A stretch of 33,395 nt of DNA from Thermodesulfobacteriota bacterium (GTDB lineage Bacteria; Desulfobacterota; Desulfobacteria; Desulfobacterales; SURF-7), in the NCBI GenBank assembly GCA_049320885.1, contig JBMORA010000002.1, positions 1 to 33,395 of the forward strand. The letters are read 5' to 3'. A program made the translations under genes and the position numbers. Shown one piece after another: positions 1 to 9,405 of the stretch. The notes beneath the pieces were generated by a model. It saw only the letters and a program-made list of their open reading frames with translations. It did no database searches and was not told the DNA's origin. The stretch's first letter is position 1, and each line of letters opens with the position of its first letter.

Positions 1-65
1 GTTAAGCTCTTTTGCGCCGATGGTACTGCTCGGGAAGCTGGGCGGGAGAGTAGGACGCCGCCGAA
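1..65 (+). rRNA. rrf: 5S rRNA, 3' portion (truncated by window start)
   Basis: GTTAAGCTC..GCGCCGATGGTACTG..GGGAGAGTAGGACGCCGCC matches the conserved 3' half of bacterial 5S rRNA and is followed directly by a terminator. The exact 3' end is approximate. Confidence 0.93.
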
Positions 66-75
66 AATCCTTTTC

Positions 76-113
76 AAGCCCGGTCGCAACTAGCCTCCGG
101 GCTTTCTTTTTTT
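76..113 (+). terminator. Rho-independent terminator of the rRNA operon
   Basis: Stem AAGCCCGG (76-83) pairs with CCGGGCTT (97-104), followed by a T-rich tract. Confidence 0.85.
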
Positions 114-279
114 CCTCGACAATCCCCTGTCCGACATTCGCTCCCCCGGAACAGTCAGTTTCCTCCATGGGAGGGAACGGTGTTAAAAAATTTAATACCT
201 GTTGATCGGGTCCGGTTTTTTTGATACCTATTTTCCGTATCGCCATTATCCTCCATTATCCTGAAGAAACGGTAACCCG

Positions 280-1851
280 GTGTATGTCGGAAATCTAAAA
301 ACGAAAATATTCCTTACCATTGCGGTTCTTTTGCTGATCGGAATGTTTTTGATCGACGTGGTTCTGCTGATCACCGGACAGCAGGAGTTTGTGCAAACCG
401 AGGTGGAACAGGGGAAAATAGCGGCAGCCATGATCGGGGCGCGCTGCCGGAACCGCAACAGCAGCGACATGCTTGCAATGGCTTCCGGCGATCGGGAGGA
501 ACTCGCCGCCGTTTTCCTCCGCTACGGGTATTCCAGCGTGATTGTCCGGGATGGCGCGGGACGGGAAATTACCGTTGCGGACCGAAAGAAATCCGACCGT
601 CAACCCATCCGGAAACTCATGCAAAAGAGCCTTCAGGCCAATCAGCCGATGAGCCGGCTCGTAGGCGACACCTGGGGAGTATTCTGGCGTCAGGAGCAGG
701 CCATCCTCATGGCGGTGCCCGTGCATTTCGGGGACCAGACAACGGCGGCGGCCGGATTTGTTTTCCCCCTCGATTCCTATTATGAACGCTTGCGGCATTC
801 CCAGAAATTTGTCCTGCTGTATATCCTGACCAATGCGGTGTTATTGGCCCTGATCGGGCTGTATCGGATGGTACAGCTCCTCCTGAAGCCGGTCCACCGG
901 CTTGTTAAAAAAGCCGAAGAATATCGCGATGAACGAAATTTCACTTTTTTTTATGAAAAGGAAGAAAACGAGATCGGCGCGCTTTCGAAAGCCCTCAACC
1001 GGATGATGGCGAGAATTTCCGACGATAAACACTCCCTGCAAACCTCCTTGGCCTCGCTGGAAAAATCCAATGTGGAATTGAGAAAGGTCCGCCGGGAAAT
1101 CATTCTGGCGGAAAAGCTGGCATCGGTCGGCAGGCTTGCCGCCGGAATCGCCCATGAAATCGGAAATCCCATCGGGATCGTGCTCGGTTATCTGGGGTTG
1201 TTGAAACATGAATCGATTTCCCCGGAGGAACGTCAGGATTTTATCGAACGATCGGAAAAGGAAATTACCAGGATCAATACGATCATCCGACAGCTGCTGG
1301 ATTTTTCAAGGCCCGGAACCGATGCGCTCACGACGGTTTCGGTCCATCCAATCATCGAAGAAGTGGCGGCGTTGCTGAAAGTTCAACCCCTGCTGGCAAA
1401 GAGCCGGATCGAACTGGCGCTTACGGCGGAAAGGGACAGGGTATTGATGGATCCCAACCAGTTGCGGCAGATTCTGATCAATCTGCTGCTGAACGCCGGC
1501 GACGCCATCCTTGCCAAGCAATCCCCGGCGGGTGGATGGATTCGCATCGAAACGGAAAATACGGATGGCGGAAGCGGAAAATCCGAACTGACCATCCGCT
1601 TGATCGATAACGGTATCGGCATTCCGGAAGGGTGCCAGCAGAATATTTTTGATCCTTTTTTTTCCACCAAAGAGCCGGGAAAGGGAACCGGCCTGGGACT
1701 TTCGGTCTGTTTCATGATTCTGGAACAAATCGGCGGCGCCATACAAGCCTGTAACAGCGATACCGGGGGAACCACGATAGTGGTCAGCCTGCCGCTGAAT
1801 GAAAAGGCCGATCCCGGGATTCCTTCGGAACAGGAAACCATCCATCCATGA
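280..1851 (+). CDS. Membrane sensor histidine kinase (two TM segments, HAMP, HisKA, HATPase; NtrB/PilS-like)
   Basis: Two hydrophobic segments; H-box EKLASVGRLAAGIAHEIGNP; N-box NLLLNA; G1 DNGIGI; F/G2 FDPFFSTKEPGKGTGLGL. GTG start is uncertain. Confidence 0.93.
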   Translation: MYVGNLKTKIFLTIAVLLLIGMFLIDVVLLITGQQEFVQTEVEQGKIAAAMIGARCRNRNSSDMLAMASGDREELAAVFLRYGYSSVIVRDGAGREITVADRKKSDRQPIRKLMQKSLQANQPMSRLVGDTWGVFWRQEQAILMAVPVHFGDQTTAAAGFVFPLDSYYERLRHSQKFVLLYILTNAVLLALIGLYRMVQLLLKPVHRLVKKAEEYRDERNFTFFYEKEENEIGALSKALNRMMARISDDKHSLQTSLASLEKSNVELRKVRREIILAEKLASVGRLAAGIAHEIGNPIGIVLGYLGLLKHESISPEERQDFIERSEKEITRINTIIRQLLDFSRPGTDALTTVSVHPIIEEVAALLKVQPLLAKSRIELALTAERDRVLMDPNQLRQILINLLLNAGDAILAKQSPAGGWIRIETENTDGGSGKSELTIRLIDNGIGIPEGCQQNIFDPFFSTKEPGKGTGLGLSVCFMILEQIGGAIQACNSDTGGTTIVVSLPLNEKADPGIPSEQETIHP

Positions 1852-3248
1852 AAATACCCCACGCAATGGATATGGACGAGCGGAAACACCTGCTGGTCAT
1901 CGACGATGAAGAGAACATGCGCCACATGCTGAAAATGATGCTGGAAAGATCCGGCTATTCCGTTGAAACCGCTGCCGACGGCGTCGAGGGGCTGGAAAAA
2001 ATCACCGGAAGGGATTTCAATTGCGTGCTCTGCGACCTGCGCATGCCGCGAATGGACGGCATCGAGTTTCTGGAAAAGGCCCGGGAGGTGGCGGCTGATA
2101 TCACGATCATCATGATGTCCGCTTTCGCCACCATCGACAAGGCGGTCGAGGCCATGAAGATGGGGGCTTACGATTTCATCAGCAAGCCCTTTAAACCCGA
2201 TGAAGTGCTGCTGTGTCTGCGGAAGGCGGAAGAGCGGGAAAGCCTGAAACGCGAGAACCGCTATCTCAAATCGCGGCTGAAGAAGATGGAGGCGCCATAC
2301 AGTTTCGGCGGGATGGTGGCGAAAAGCAAGCGCATGCAGGCGGTTTTTACCTTGTGCCAGAAAGTCGCCCAATATAGCACCACCGTGCTGATAACGGGAG
2401 AGAGCGGAACCGGAAAGGAACTGATCGCCCGGGGGATTCACTTTAACAGTTCACGGAAATCATCCCCCCTGGTGCCCGTGAATTGCGGTGGAATTCCGGA
2501 AAATCTGCTGGAAAGTGAATTGTTCGGATATCGCAAAGGTGCGTTTACCGGGGCCGAGCGGGATAAAAAAGGCCTGTTCGAGGAGGCCGACGGCGGGACC
2601 ATTTTTTTGGATGAAATCGGTGAGCTGCCGCTGGCGCTGCAGGTCAAACTGCTGCGGGTGCTGCAAGAGAGCGAAATACGGCCCATCGGGGACTCCCGGT
2701 CCAAAAAAATCGATGTGCGGGTCATTGCCGCCACCGCCAGGGATTTGCAGGAGGAAGTGATCAAAGGGTCTTTCCGGGAGGATTTGTTTTACCGTCTGAA
2801 TGTCATGCCCATACGGCTGCCGTCGCTGCGGGAGCGGTCCGAGGATATCCCCCTGTTGTGCCGCCACTTCATCGAAAGCTTCAATGCGAAATTCGGCAAA
2901 TCCATCAAGGAAATTGCGCCTTCGGCGATGGCCCTCTTGATCCATCATCCCTGGAGGGGAAATGTCCGGGAACTGGAGAACATGATTGAAAGGGCGGCCG
3001 TTCTTGCCGAAGGCAGCACCCTTTCCCCGGAAAATTTTCCCATGGACGCCGGCCCCCGGACGGATGCCGGAAACCAAGGGGAGAATTTCGAAGGATTTTC
3101 ATTGAAGGACGCCCAGAAATTTTTTGAAAAGCGTCTGATCGTCAAGGCCTTGAGGGAGACCGGCGGAAATCGGACCCAGGCCTCCCGGTTGCTGGAAATC
3201 AGTCACCCGTCCTTGCTCAGTAAAATGAAAACATACCGGATCGATTGA
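1848..3248 (+). CDS. Sigma54-dependent response regulator (REC-AAA+-HTH; NtrC/AtoC/PilR family)
   Basis: Receiver motifs LVIDDE, DLRMP and KPF; Walker A GESGTGKE; GAFTGA; FLDEIGE; C-terminal Fis-type HTH. ATGA overlap with the kinase stop; the real start may be 1866 or 1872. Confidence 0.95.
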   Translation: MKIPHAMDMDERKHLLVIDDEENMRHMLKMMLERSGYSVETAADGVEGLEKITGRDFNCVLCDLRMPRMDGIEFLEKAREVAADITIIMMSAFATIDKAVEAMKMGAYDFISKPFKPDEVLLCLRKAEERESLKRENRYLKSRLKKMEAPYSFGGMVAKSKRMQAVFTLCQKVAQYSTTVLITGESGTGKELIARGIHFNSSRKSSPLVPVNCGGIPENLLESELFGYRKGAFTGAERDKKGLFEEADGGTIFLDEIGELPLALQVKLLRVLQESEIRPIGDSRSKKIDVRVIAATARDLQEEVIKGSFREDLFYRLNVMPIRLPSLRERSEDIPLLCRHFIESFNAKFGKSIKEIAPSAMALLIHHPWRGNVRELENMIERAAVLAEGSTLSPENFPMDAGPRTDAGNQGENFEGFSLKDAQKFFEKRLIVKALRETGGNRTQASRLLEISHPSLLSKMKTYRID

Positions 3249-3277
3249 CAGCCCCGTATATCCCCCAATCGCATTGC

Positions 3278-3306
3278 TTGCATTCCGGTTCATGGGTGAT
3301 TATACT
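3278..3306 (+). promoter_or_regulatory. Putative sigma70 promoter of the ClpX-like gene
   Basis: TTGCAT (3278-3283), 17 bp spacer, TATACT (3301-3306). Confidence 0.6.
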
Positions 3307-3314
3307 TGTCCATT

Positions 3315-5099
3315 ATGAGCACGCAAAACGAAAAAATACCCGATCCGAAAGAAATTGAAAAAGAGCTGGGAGAATTTTTAACCAAAAAATTCGGCGACAG
3401 CGTCAAAATCGTCAGCCCTTTCGTCGCGCCTCAACCGGAAGAGAGCATCAAAGGCGGCCGGGGTTCCAGAAAAGATCATAAAAAGATCGATTTTGAATTA
3501 TTACCGGAGGACCTGATTCACTATCTGGACCAGTATATCGTTCGGCAGGACAAGGCCAAATCGATCCTGGCCACGAAGATCTGCACGCATTTCAACAGAA
3601 TCCGGCGGGCAAGGGAGAACCCCGAGCAATTCGGCGACACCGTCGGGCGGATCAAGAACAATGTCCTCATGATCGGCCCCACCGGAGTGGGGAAGACCTA
3701 TATGGTGAAGCTGATTGCCAAGAAAATCGGCGTTCCTTTTGTCAAAGGAGACGCCACCAAATTCAGTGAGACCGGCTATGTGGGCGGCGATGTGGAAGAT
3801 CTCGTCCGGGATTTGGTGCGGGAGGCGGATGGGGATATCGACATGGCCCAGTACGGCATCATATATATAGATGAGATCGATAAGATCGCTTCCGCTCCCA
3901 ATATGATCGGCGCCGATGTCTCCCGAACCGGAGTTCAGCGAGCCCTGCTGAAGCCCATGGAGGAAACCGAGGTGGAGCTGAAGGTGCCGCACGATCCGAT
4001 TTCCATGATTCAGGAGATCGAGCGGTTCCGAAAATCCGGAAAGCGGGATGAATCCACCGTCAATACCAAAAACATTCTGTTCATCATGAGCGGCGCTTTT
4101 TCCGGTCTCGGTCAGATTATCAACCGGCGCTTGACGGCGAAAGCCATCGGTTTCGGTTCCCAGATCCGTTCCTCCCAGGAAAAGTTCAACACGCTGAAGA
4201 ATGTCAAATCCGAAGATCTGATTGAATATGGTTTCGAGTCCGAGTTTGTCGGCCGGTTGCCGGTCAAGGCGGTTTTCGAGGAATTGAGCGAAGCAGATCT
4301 CTTCGATATCTTGAAGAATCCCAACAACCCGATCGTTCTGGGAAAGAAATGCGATTTTTCCGCCTATGGCATTGACATTAAATTTTCCGAGGAGTCGTTG
4401 CGGTTGCTGGCGGGACGGGCCTTCCGGGAAAACACCGGTGCCAGGGGCCTGGTGAGCGCGGTGGAAGAGGCCCTGCTGCCCTTTGAGAGCAAGCTGCCGT
4501 CCACGGATGTCCGCTGTCTGGCCGTAACGGAAGAGCTGATCCAAAAACCCTCGGAACGGCTCGAGAACATGATCGCGGCGGGCGCGAGCGGGGGCTGCGT
4601 GGATGCTTTTAACGCCGTGAGTAAAGAGGAAAAGGTTTCCACGGCCGGATATCTTGCCGCCCATCGAAAATTTCTGGGGGAAAAATACAAGCTGACGTTG
4701 ACGCCGTCGAGGATCGATATCGTTGCGGAATATTATTGCCGCAACATCACCGATATCGGCGGCGCCATCACCAAGGTGAAATATTACTACGACGAGGTCA
4801 AGAAAATTGAATTGCATTTTTTCAATAAAAAAGATGTGAATATCATCCTGGAAGATGAGGCCATCGATTATATCATCTCGCAGGTGGTGGCGTCGGCGGC
4901 GGACCTTGAGTTTTACTACCGGAAATTCGTGAACGATTTCGAGTACGGCCTGAAGCTTGTCCGGGAAAAAACCGGCAGGAGCCGCTTTTTCATTACCAGG
5001 GAGGCCCTGGAGGAACCGGATACCTATATCGGCAATTTATTGAAAGAAAAAACCATCACCCAGGATTCCGAAAAGGGCTTGCCGACGGTCGATCCATGA
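3315..5099 (+). CDS. ClpX-like AAA+ ATPase (no N-terminal zinc finger, C-terminal extension)
   Basis: Walker A GPTGVGKT; DATKFSETGYVG pore loop; Walker B IIYIDEIDK; DVSRTGVQRALLK; IGF loop; TGARGL. ATG 3315 is preferred over TTG 3306, which overlaps the -10 box. Confidence 0.88.
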   Translation: MSTQNEKIPDPKEIEKELGEFLTKKFGDSVKIVSPFVAPQPEESIKGGRGSRKDHKKIDFELLPEDLIHYLDQYIVRQDKAKSILATKICTHFNRIRRARENPEQFGDTVGRIKNNVLMIGPTGVGKTYMVKLIAKKIGVPFVKGDATKFSETGYVGGDVEDLVRDLVREADGDIDMAQYGIIYIDEIDKIASAPNMIGADVSRTGVQRALLKPMEETEVELKVPHDPISMIQEIERFRKSGKRDESTVNTKNILFIMSGAFSGLGQIINRRLTAKAIGFGSQIRSSQEKFNTLKNVKSEDLIEYGFESEFVGRLPVKAVFEELSEADLFDILKNPNNPIVLGKKCDFSAYGIDIKFSEESLRLLAGRAFRENTGARGLVSAVEEALLPFESKLPSTDVRCLAVTEELIQKPSERLENMIAAGASGGCVDAFNAVSKEEKVSTAGYLAAHRKFLGEKYKLTLTPSRIDIVAEYYCRNITDIGGAITKVKYYYDEVKKIELHFFNKKDVNIILEDEAIDYIISQVVASAADLEFYYRKFVNDFEYGLKLVREKTGRSRFFITREALEEPDTYIGNLLKEKTITQDSEKGLPTVDP

Positions 5100-5154
5100 T
5101 CGGGCCGAGCGGATCTTCCCGGTTCGGGCACCTGACATTTCGGGAAATCTTATT

Positions 5155-6333
5155 ATGATCGGTATATCGAAGCTTTATTGCGGGACGGTTGAGCCGTCGG
5201 ATGCGTTGCGCTACGGGCGTCATTCCGGTAAACTTCCCTCGCACCTGCTGCAGTTCTCCATGGATAAAAAACCCGTTGTCGTGTGGAACATGACGCGGCG
5301 ATGCAATTTGAAATGTATCCACTGTTATGCCCATGCCAAGGACGATGCCTCGGCCGACGAATTGACCACCGCGGAGGCGAAGACGGTTATCGACGATCTC
5401 GCCGCTTTCGGTGTGCCGGTGCTTCTGTTCTCGGGCGGTGAACCCACCATGCGCCGGGATCTGCCGGAGTTGGCCGCCTATGCGGTGGAAAAGGGCCTTC
5501 GGGCGGTGATTTCGACCAACGGAACCTTGATCACCCGGGAGAAAGCCCGGATCCTCAAGGACATCGGGCTATCCTATGTCGGTATCAGTCTGGACGGCAT
5601 GGAGCCGATCAACGACCGTTTCCGGGGCGTCCGCGGCGCATTCCAGTCCGCCCTTGCGGGTATCCGCAGCTGCCAGGAGGCTGGAATAAAAGTCGGTTTG
5701 CGGTTTACGGTCAATAAATACAATGCCGGGGAAATATCCGGTATTTTTGAACTGCTGGAACAGATGGATGTCCCGCGGGTTTGTTTTTATCATCTGGTGT
5801 ATGCCGGGCGTGGTTCTTCACTGGTCAAGGAGGACCTGAACCATGAGGAAACGCGCAAGGCGGTGGACCTGATCATCGAGCACACCCGGATCCTCCATGA
5901 AAAGGGTAAACCCAAGGAGGTTCTGACGGTGGACAACCATGCCGACGGCCCCTATCTCTATTTGCGCCTGCTCAAGGAAAACCCGGAACGCGCCAAGGAG
6001 GTGTTGACGTTGCTTCAAATGAACGAAGGCAACAATTCCGGCCGCGGGATCGGCTGCATCAGCTGGGACGGTGTGGTGCATGCCGATCAGTTCTGGCGTC
6101 ACCACAGTTTCGGCAATGTCAGACAGCGGCCTTTTTCCGAGATTTGGTCGGACCTGTCCGATCCCCTGATGGCCAAACTGAAGGAAAAGAAGAAGCACGT
6201 CAAGGGTCGCTGCGCCTCCTGCCGCTGGCTGGACATCTGCGGGGGGAATTTCCGGGTGCGGGCCGAAGCCACCACGGGGGATTTGTGGGCTCCGGATCCG
6301 GCCTGCTACCTGACCGATGAAGAGATCGCCTGA
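5155..6333 (+). CDS. ahbC: Radical SAM/SPASM 12,18-didecarboxysiroheme deacetylase (Fe-coproporphyrin synthase)
   Basis: N-terminus MIGISKLYCG..DALRYGR is typical of AhbC; CNLKCIHC radical SAM motif; SPASM cysteines; lies next to hemB and ahbD. Confidence 0.92.
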   Translation: MIGISKLYCGTVEPSDALRYGRHSGKLPSHLLQFSMDKKPVVVWNMTRRCNLKCIHCYAHAKDDASADELTTAEAKTVIDDLAAFGVPVLLFSGGEPTMRRDLPELAAYAVEKGLRAVISTNGTLITREKARILKDIGLSYVGISLDGMEPINDRFRGVRGAFQSALAGIRSCQEAGIKVGLRFTVNKYNAGEISGIFELLEQMDVPRVCFYHLVYAGRGSSLVKEDLNHEETRKAVDLIIEHTRILHEKGKPKEVLTVDNHADGPYLYLRLLKENPERAKEVLTLLQMNEGNNSGRGIGCISWDGVVHADQFWRHHSFGNVRQRPFSEIWSDLSDPLMAKLKEKKKHVKGRCASCRWLDICGGNFRVRAEATTGDLWAPDPACYLTDEEIA

Positions 6334-6360
6334 CAACAAACGAACACCGGAGGAGAAACC

Positions 6361-7335
6361 ATGTTGTTCCCGGACTATAGACCCAGACGGCTCAGAAGAA
6401 CCGAATCCCTGCGCCGCATGATTCGTGAAACCATCCTGCGGGTCGATGACCTGATCCTGCCGGTTTTCGCCATCGGCGGGAAAGACATCCGGAATCCCAT
6501 CGATTCCATGCCCGGGCATTTCCAGCTTTCCCTGGACCATCTGGTCAAACTCGCGAAAAAGGCGGAAGAACTGGGCATCCCGGGAATCATGGTGTTCGGC
6601 GTTCCGGACAAGAAGGACCCGCTGGGGACCCGGGCCTACTCAAGGGACGGCATCGTTCAGCGGGCCGTCAAGGCCCTGAAGGACAAACTGACGGAGACAT
6701 CCGTGATAACGGACGTCTGCCTGTGTCAATATACGGACCACGGCCATTGCGGACTCGTGGACGGCGGCGAGATCGATAATGACGGAAGCCTGGATTTGCT
6801 GGCCAAGACGGCACTTTCCCATGCCCAGGCAGGGGCGGACATGGTGGCGCCTTCGGATATGATGGACGGACGGGTTGCCGAGATCCGGGAAGCCCTGGAT
6901 GAAAACGGTTTCAGCCACATACCCATCATGTCCTACGCCGCGAAATACTGCTCGGCCTATTATGGGCCCTTCCGCCAGGCGGCTCAATCCGCGCCCAAAT
7001 TCGGCGACCGCCGGACCTACCAGATGGATCCGGCCAATGCCCTGGAGGCGATCCGCGAGGTCACCATGGATGTGGAGGAGGGCGCTGACATCGTGATGGT
7101 GAAGCCGGCCCTGCCCTACCTCGATATCATTGCACGGATCCGGCAGGAAATCGATCTGCCCATCGCCGCGTACAACGTCAGCGGTGAATATGCCATGATC
7201 AAGGCGGCGGATAAAATGGGCTGGCTGGACGGCCGGAAAGTCATGCTGGAAACATTGACGGCCATCAAACGGGCGGGGGCGGATATCATTCTGACCTATT
7301 TCGCCATGGAGGCCGCGGAAGCGCTGAGAGAATAG
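6361..7335 (+). CDS. hemB: Porphobilinogen synthase (ALA dehydratase)
   Basis: RPRRLR, DVCLCQYTDHGHCG, APSDMMDGR, MVKPAL, AYNVSGEY; strong RBS GGAGGAG. Confidence 0.98.
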   Translation: MLFPDYRPRRLRRTESLRRMIRETILRVDDLILPVFAIGGKDIRNPIDSMPGHFQLSLDHLVKLAKKAEELGIPGIMVFGVPDKKDPLGTRAYSRDGIVQRAVKALKDKLTETSVITDVCLCQYTDHGHCGLVDGGEIDNDGSLDLLAKTALSHAQAGADMVAPSDMMDGRVAEIREALDENGFSHIPIMSYAAKYCSAYYGPFRQAAQSAPKFGDRRTYQMDPANALEAIREVTMDVEEGADIVMVKPALPYLDIIARIRQEIDLPIAAYNVSGEYAMIKAADKMGWLDGRKVMLETLTAIKRAGADIILTYFAMEAAEALRE

Positions 7336-7390
7336 CGGACGATGTCCGTTTACGCTGCAACCTGTTACCCCTAAAGGATCGATAGAATCG

Positions 7391-8479
7391 ATGGAAGCTC
7401 CACACCCCCATACCCGGGAGCAAGACCGCTTCGCCTCACCACGGTTGATCGCCTGGGAAATTACGCGAAACTGCAATCTTTCCTGTGTTCATTGCCGGGC
7501 TTCGGCGATGAAGGGTCCCTATGCGGGGGAACTGGACACGGCAGCGGCCCTGCGGCTCGTCGACCAGATCACGGCCGTGGGCAATCCCATCGTCATTCTC
7601 ACCGGCGGCGAACCCCTGCTGAGACCGGACATTTTCGAGATCGCCCGGTATGGAACCGACCGGGGGCTGCGCATGGTGATGGCGCCCAACGGGACTCTCA
7701 TCGACGAGGCGGCGGCGGGGAGGATCGCTGCGGCCGGCATCAAGCGGATCAGCATCAGCCTGGACGGCGCCACGGCCGAAGTGCACGACCGTTTCCGGGG
7801 GGTTGACGGCGCCTTCGAAGGCGCCTTGCGGGGAATCCGGAATGCCAAAGCGGCCGGCGTCGAATTCCAGGTCAATACCACCATCACCAAACGCAATCTC
7901 GCGGAAATCCCCCGGATCATGGAGCTGGCGGAGTCCCTGGGAGCGGCGGCGCATCATATTTTCCTCCTGGTGCCCACCGGCCGGGGAAAATATATCGTCG
8001 ACCAGGAAATCGACGCGGAAGAATATGAAAAAACCCTGAACTGGTTTTATGACCAGCGGGAGGCCACCTCTCTCCAACTGAAGGCCACCTGCGCGCCGCA
8101 TTACTACCGTATCCTGCGGCAAAGGGCCCGCCAGGAGGGCAAGACGGTCACCTTTCAGTCCCATGGACTGGACGCGGTGACCCGAGGGTGCCTCGCGGGA
8201 ACCGGTTTCTGCTTCATCTCCCACACCGGTGTCGTGCAGACCTGCGGATTCCTGCACCTGAAATGCGGGGATGTCACGGAATCCTCCTTCGGGGAGATCT
8301 GGAAAAACTCCGAGATTTTCAAGGCCCTGCGCGATTTCCGGAATCTGGAAGGCAAATGCGGCCGCTGTGAATACAACCGGGTCTGCGGCGGATGCCGGGC
8401 CCGGGCCTTTGAGGCCACGGGTAACTACCTGGGGGAGGAACCGCTCTGCTCCTACCTGCCGGCAGGCGGAAGCGAATGA
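7391..8479 (+). CDS. ahbD: Radical SAM heme b synthase
   Basis: PRLIAWEITRNCNLSCVHCRA; HIFLLVPTGRG; LKATCAPHYYR; SPASM cysteines; ahbC-hemB context. Confidence 0.92.
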   Translation: MEAPHPHTREQDRFASPRLIAWEITRNCNLSCVHCRASAMKGPYAGELDTAAALRLVDQITAVGNPIVILTGGEPLLRPDIFEIARYGTDRGLRMVMAPNGTLIDEAAAGRIAAAGIKRISISLDGATAEVHDRFRGVDGAFEGALRGIRNAKAAGVEFQVNTTITKRNLAEIPRIMELAESLGAAAHHIFLLVPTGRGKYIVDQEIDAEEYEKTLNWFYDQREATSLQLKATCAPHYYRILRQRARQEGKTVTFQSHGLDAVTRGCLAGTGFCFISHTGVVQTCGFLHLKCGDVTESSFGEIWKNSEIFKALRDFRNLEGKCGRCEYNRVCGGCRARAFEATGNYLGEEPLCSYLPAGGSE

Positions 8480-9354
8480 CCCCATCCCGCCCCGAAGCCG
8501 TGAATGTACTAGATGCGGCGTCGTTGAAATCGTTCCTGTACTCCGCCGGCGTCGACCTGGTTGGCATCGCCGACGCCCGGAAATTGATATTGGCCTATCC
8601 TCCTCGACCGGCCACGGATTTGATGCCCGGCGCCCGAAGCGTGATCGTGCTGGCCGCGGCCCATTCCCTAGGGGCGGTGTATGCCCCCGACATCATGTTG
8701 TGGACCCGCAACAAAATGCAGACCTCCCGGCTGCTGGACGAGACCGCTGAAGGCCTCGGACGCATGCTGGAGCGCCGGGGGTTTCTGGCCCTGCCGATTT
8801 CGGCGGACAAGCCGGTGGAGATTTTCAAATCCGATCCGGTCACCGGTAAACCATTCCGGCAGACCCGCACGGCGGCGTTTCTGTCGCTGAAGCATGCGGC
8901 GGTGAGCTGCGGCCTGGGCGAGATCGGCAGAAACAACCTGCTGCTGACCCCGGAATTCGGGCCGCACCAGCGGCTGTGCGCCGTGATTACCGAAGCGGTC
9001 CTGACTCCCGATTCCCCCGGGGAATTGCATCTTTGCAAGGATTGCGACCGGTGCGTTACTGCCTGCCCTTCCGGCGCCCTTAACCCCGGCGGTTATGACG
9101 TGGACCCCTGTTTCGTTTACTGGTCGCTTGGGTTCAAGCGCCTGCCGCCGGCCGGGCTTAGGGAATGGCCGGGCTATATCCGGATGATCCTGCGACATTT
9201 CCGGCGGCGGGATCTGCTGGTGGAAAGCGGGCAGACCTGGATCACCGACGTGGACAACTGCATCGAATGCATGCGCGTCTGCCCGGTGGGCGACAACTGG
9301 AAGACAATACGTCCTCCGAAACTGCCGCACCAGAAATCCGGCGGCACGAAGTAG
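8476..9354 (+). CDS. Epoxyqueuosine reductase (QueG)-like 4Fe-4S protein
   Basis: GVDLVGIA; SLKHAAVSCGLGEIGRNNLLLTPEFGP; CKDCDRCVTACP and CIECMRVCP ferredoxin-type motifs. Confidence 0.75.
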   Translation: MTPSRPEAVNVLDAASLKSFLYSAGVDLVGIADARKLILAYPPRPATDLMPGARSVIVLAAAHSLGAVYAPDIMLWTRNKMQTSRLLDETAEGLGRMLERRGFLALPISADKPVEIFKSDPVTGKPFRQTRTAAFLSLKHAAVSCGLGEIGRNNLLLTPEFGPHQRLCAVITEAVLTPDSPGELHLCKDCDRCVTACPSGALNPGGYDVDPCFVYWSLGFKRLPPAGLREWPGYIRMILRHFRRRDLLVESGQTWITDVDNCIECMRVCPVGDNWKTIRPPKLPHQKSGGTK

Positions 9355-9405
9355 GCAACGGTTTTACGGACGGGCGGCATGAGCCCGCCAGCCATGGTGA
9401 CGCCA

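Noticed and set aside
20..205. 61-aa ORF
   Set aside because: Overlaps the 5S rRNA and its terminator.
1848..3314. Sigma54 (-24/-12) target promoter near the regulator; pilS/pilR gene symbols
   Set aside because: No convincing TGGCAC-N5-TTGC found in intergenic regions by eye, and no pilin genes are adjacent, so no symbol was assigned.
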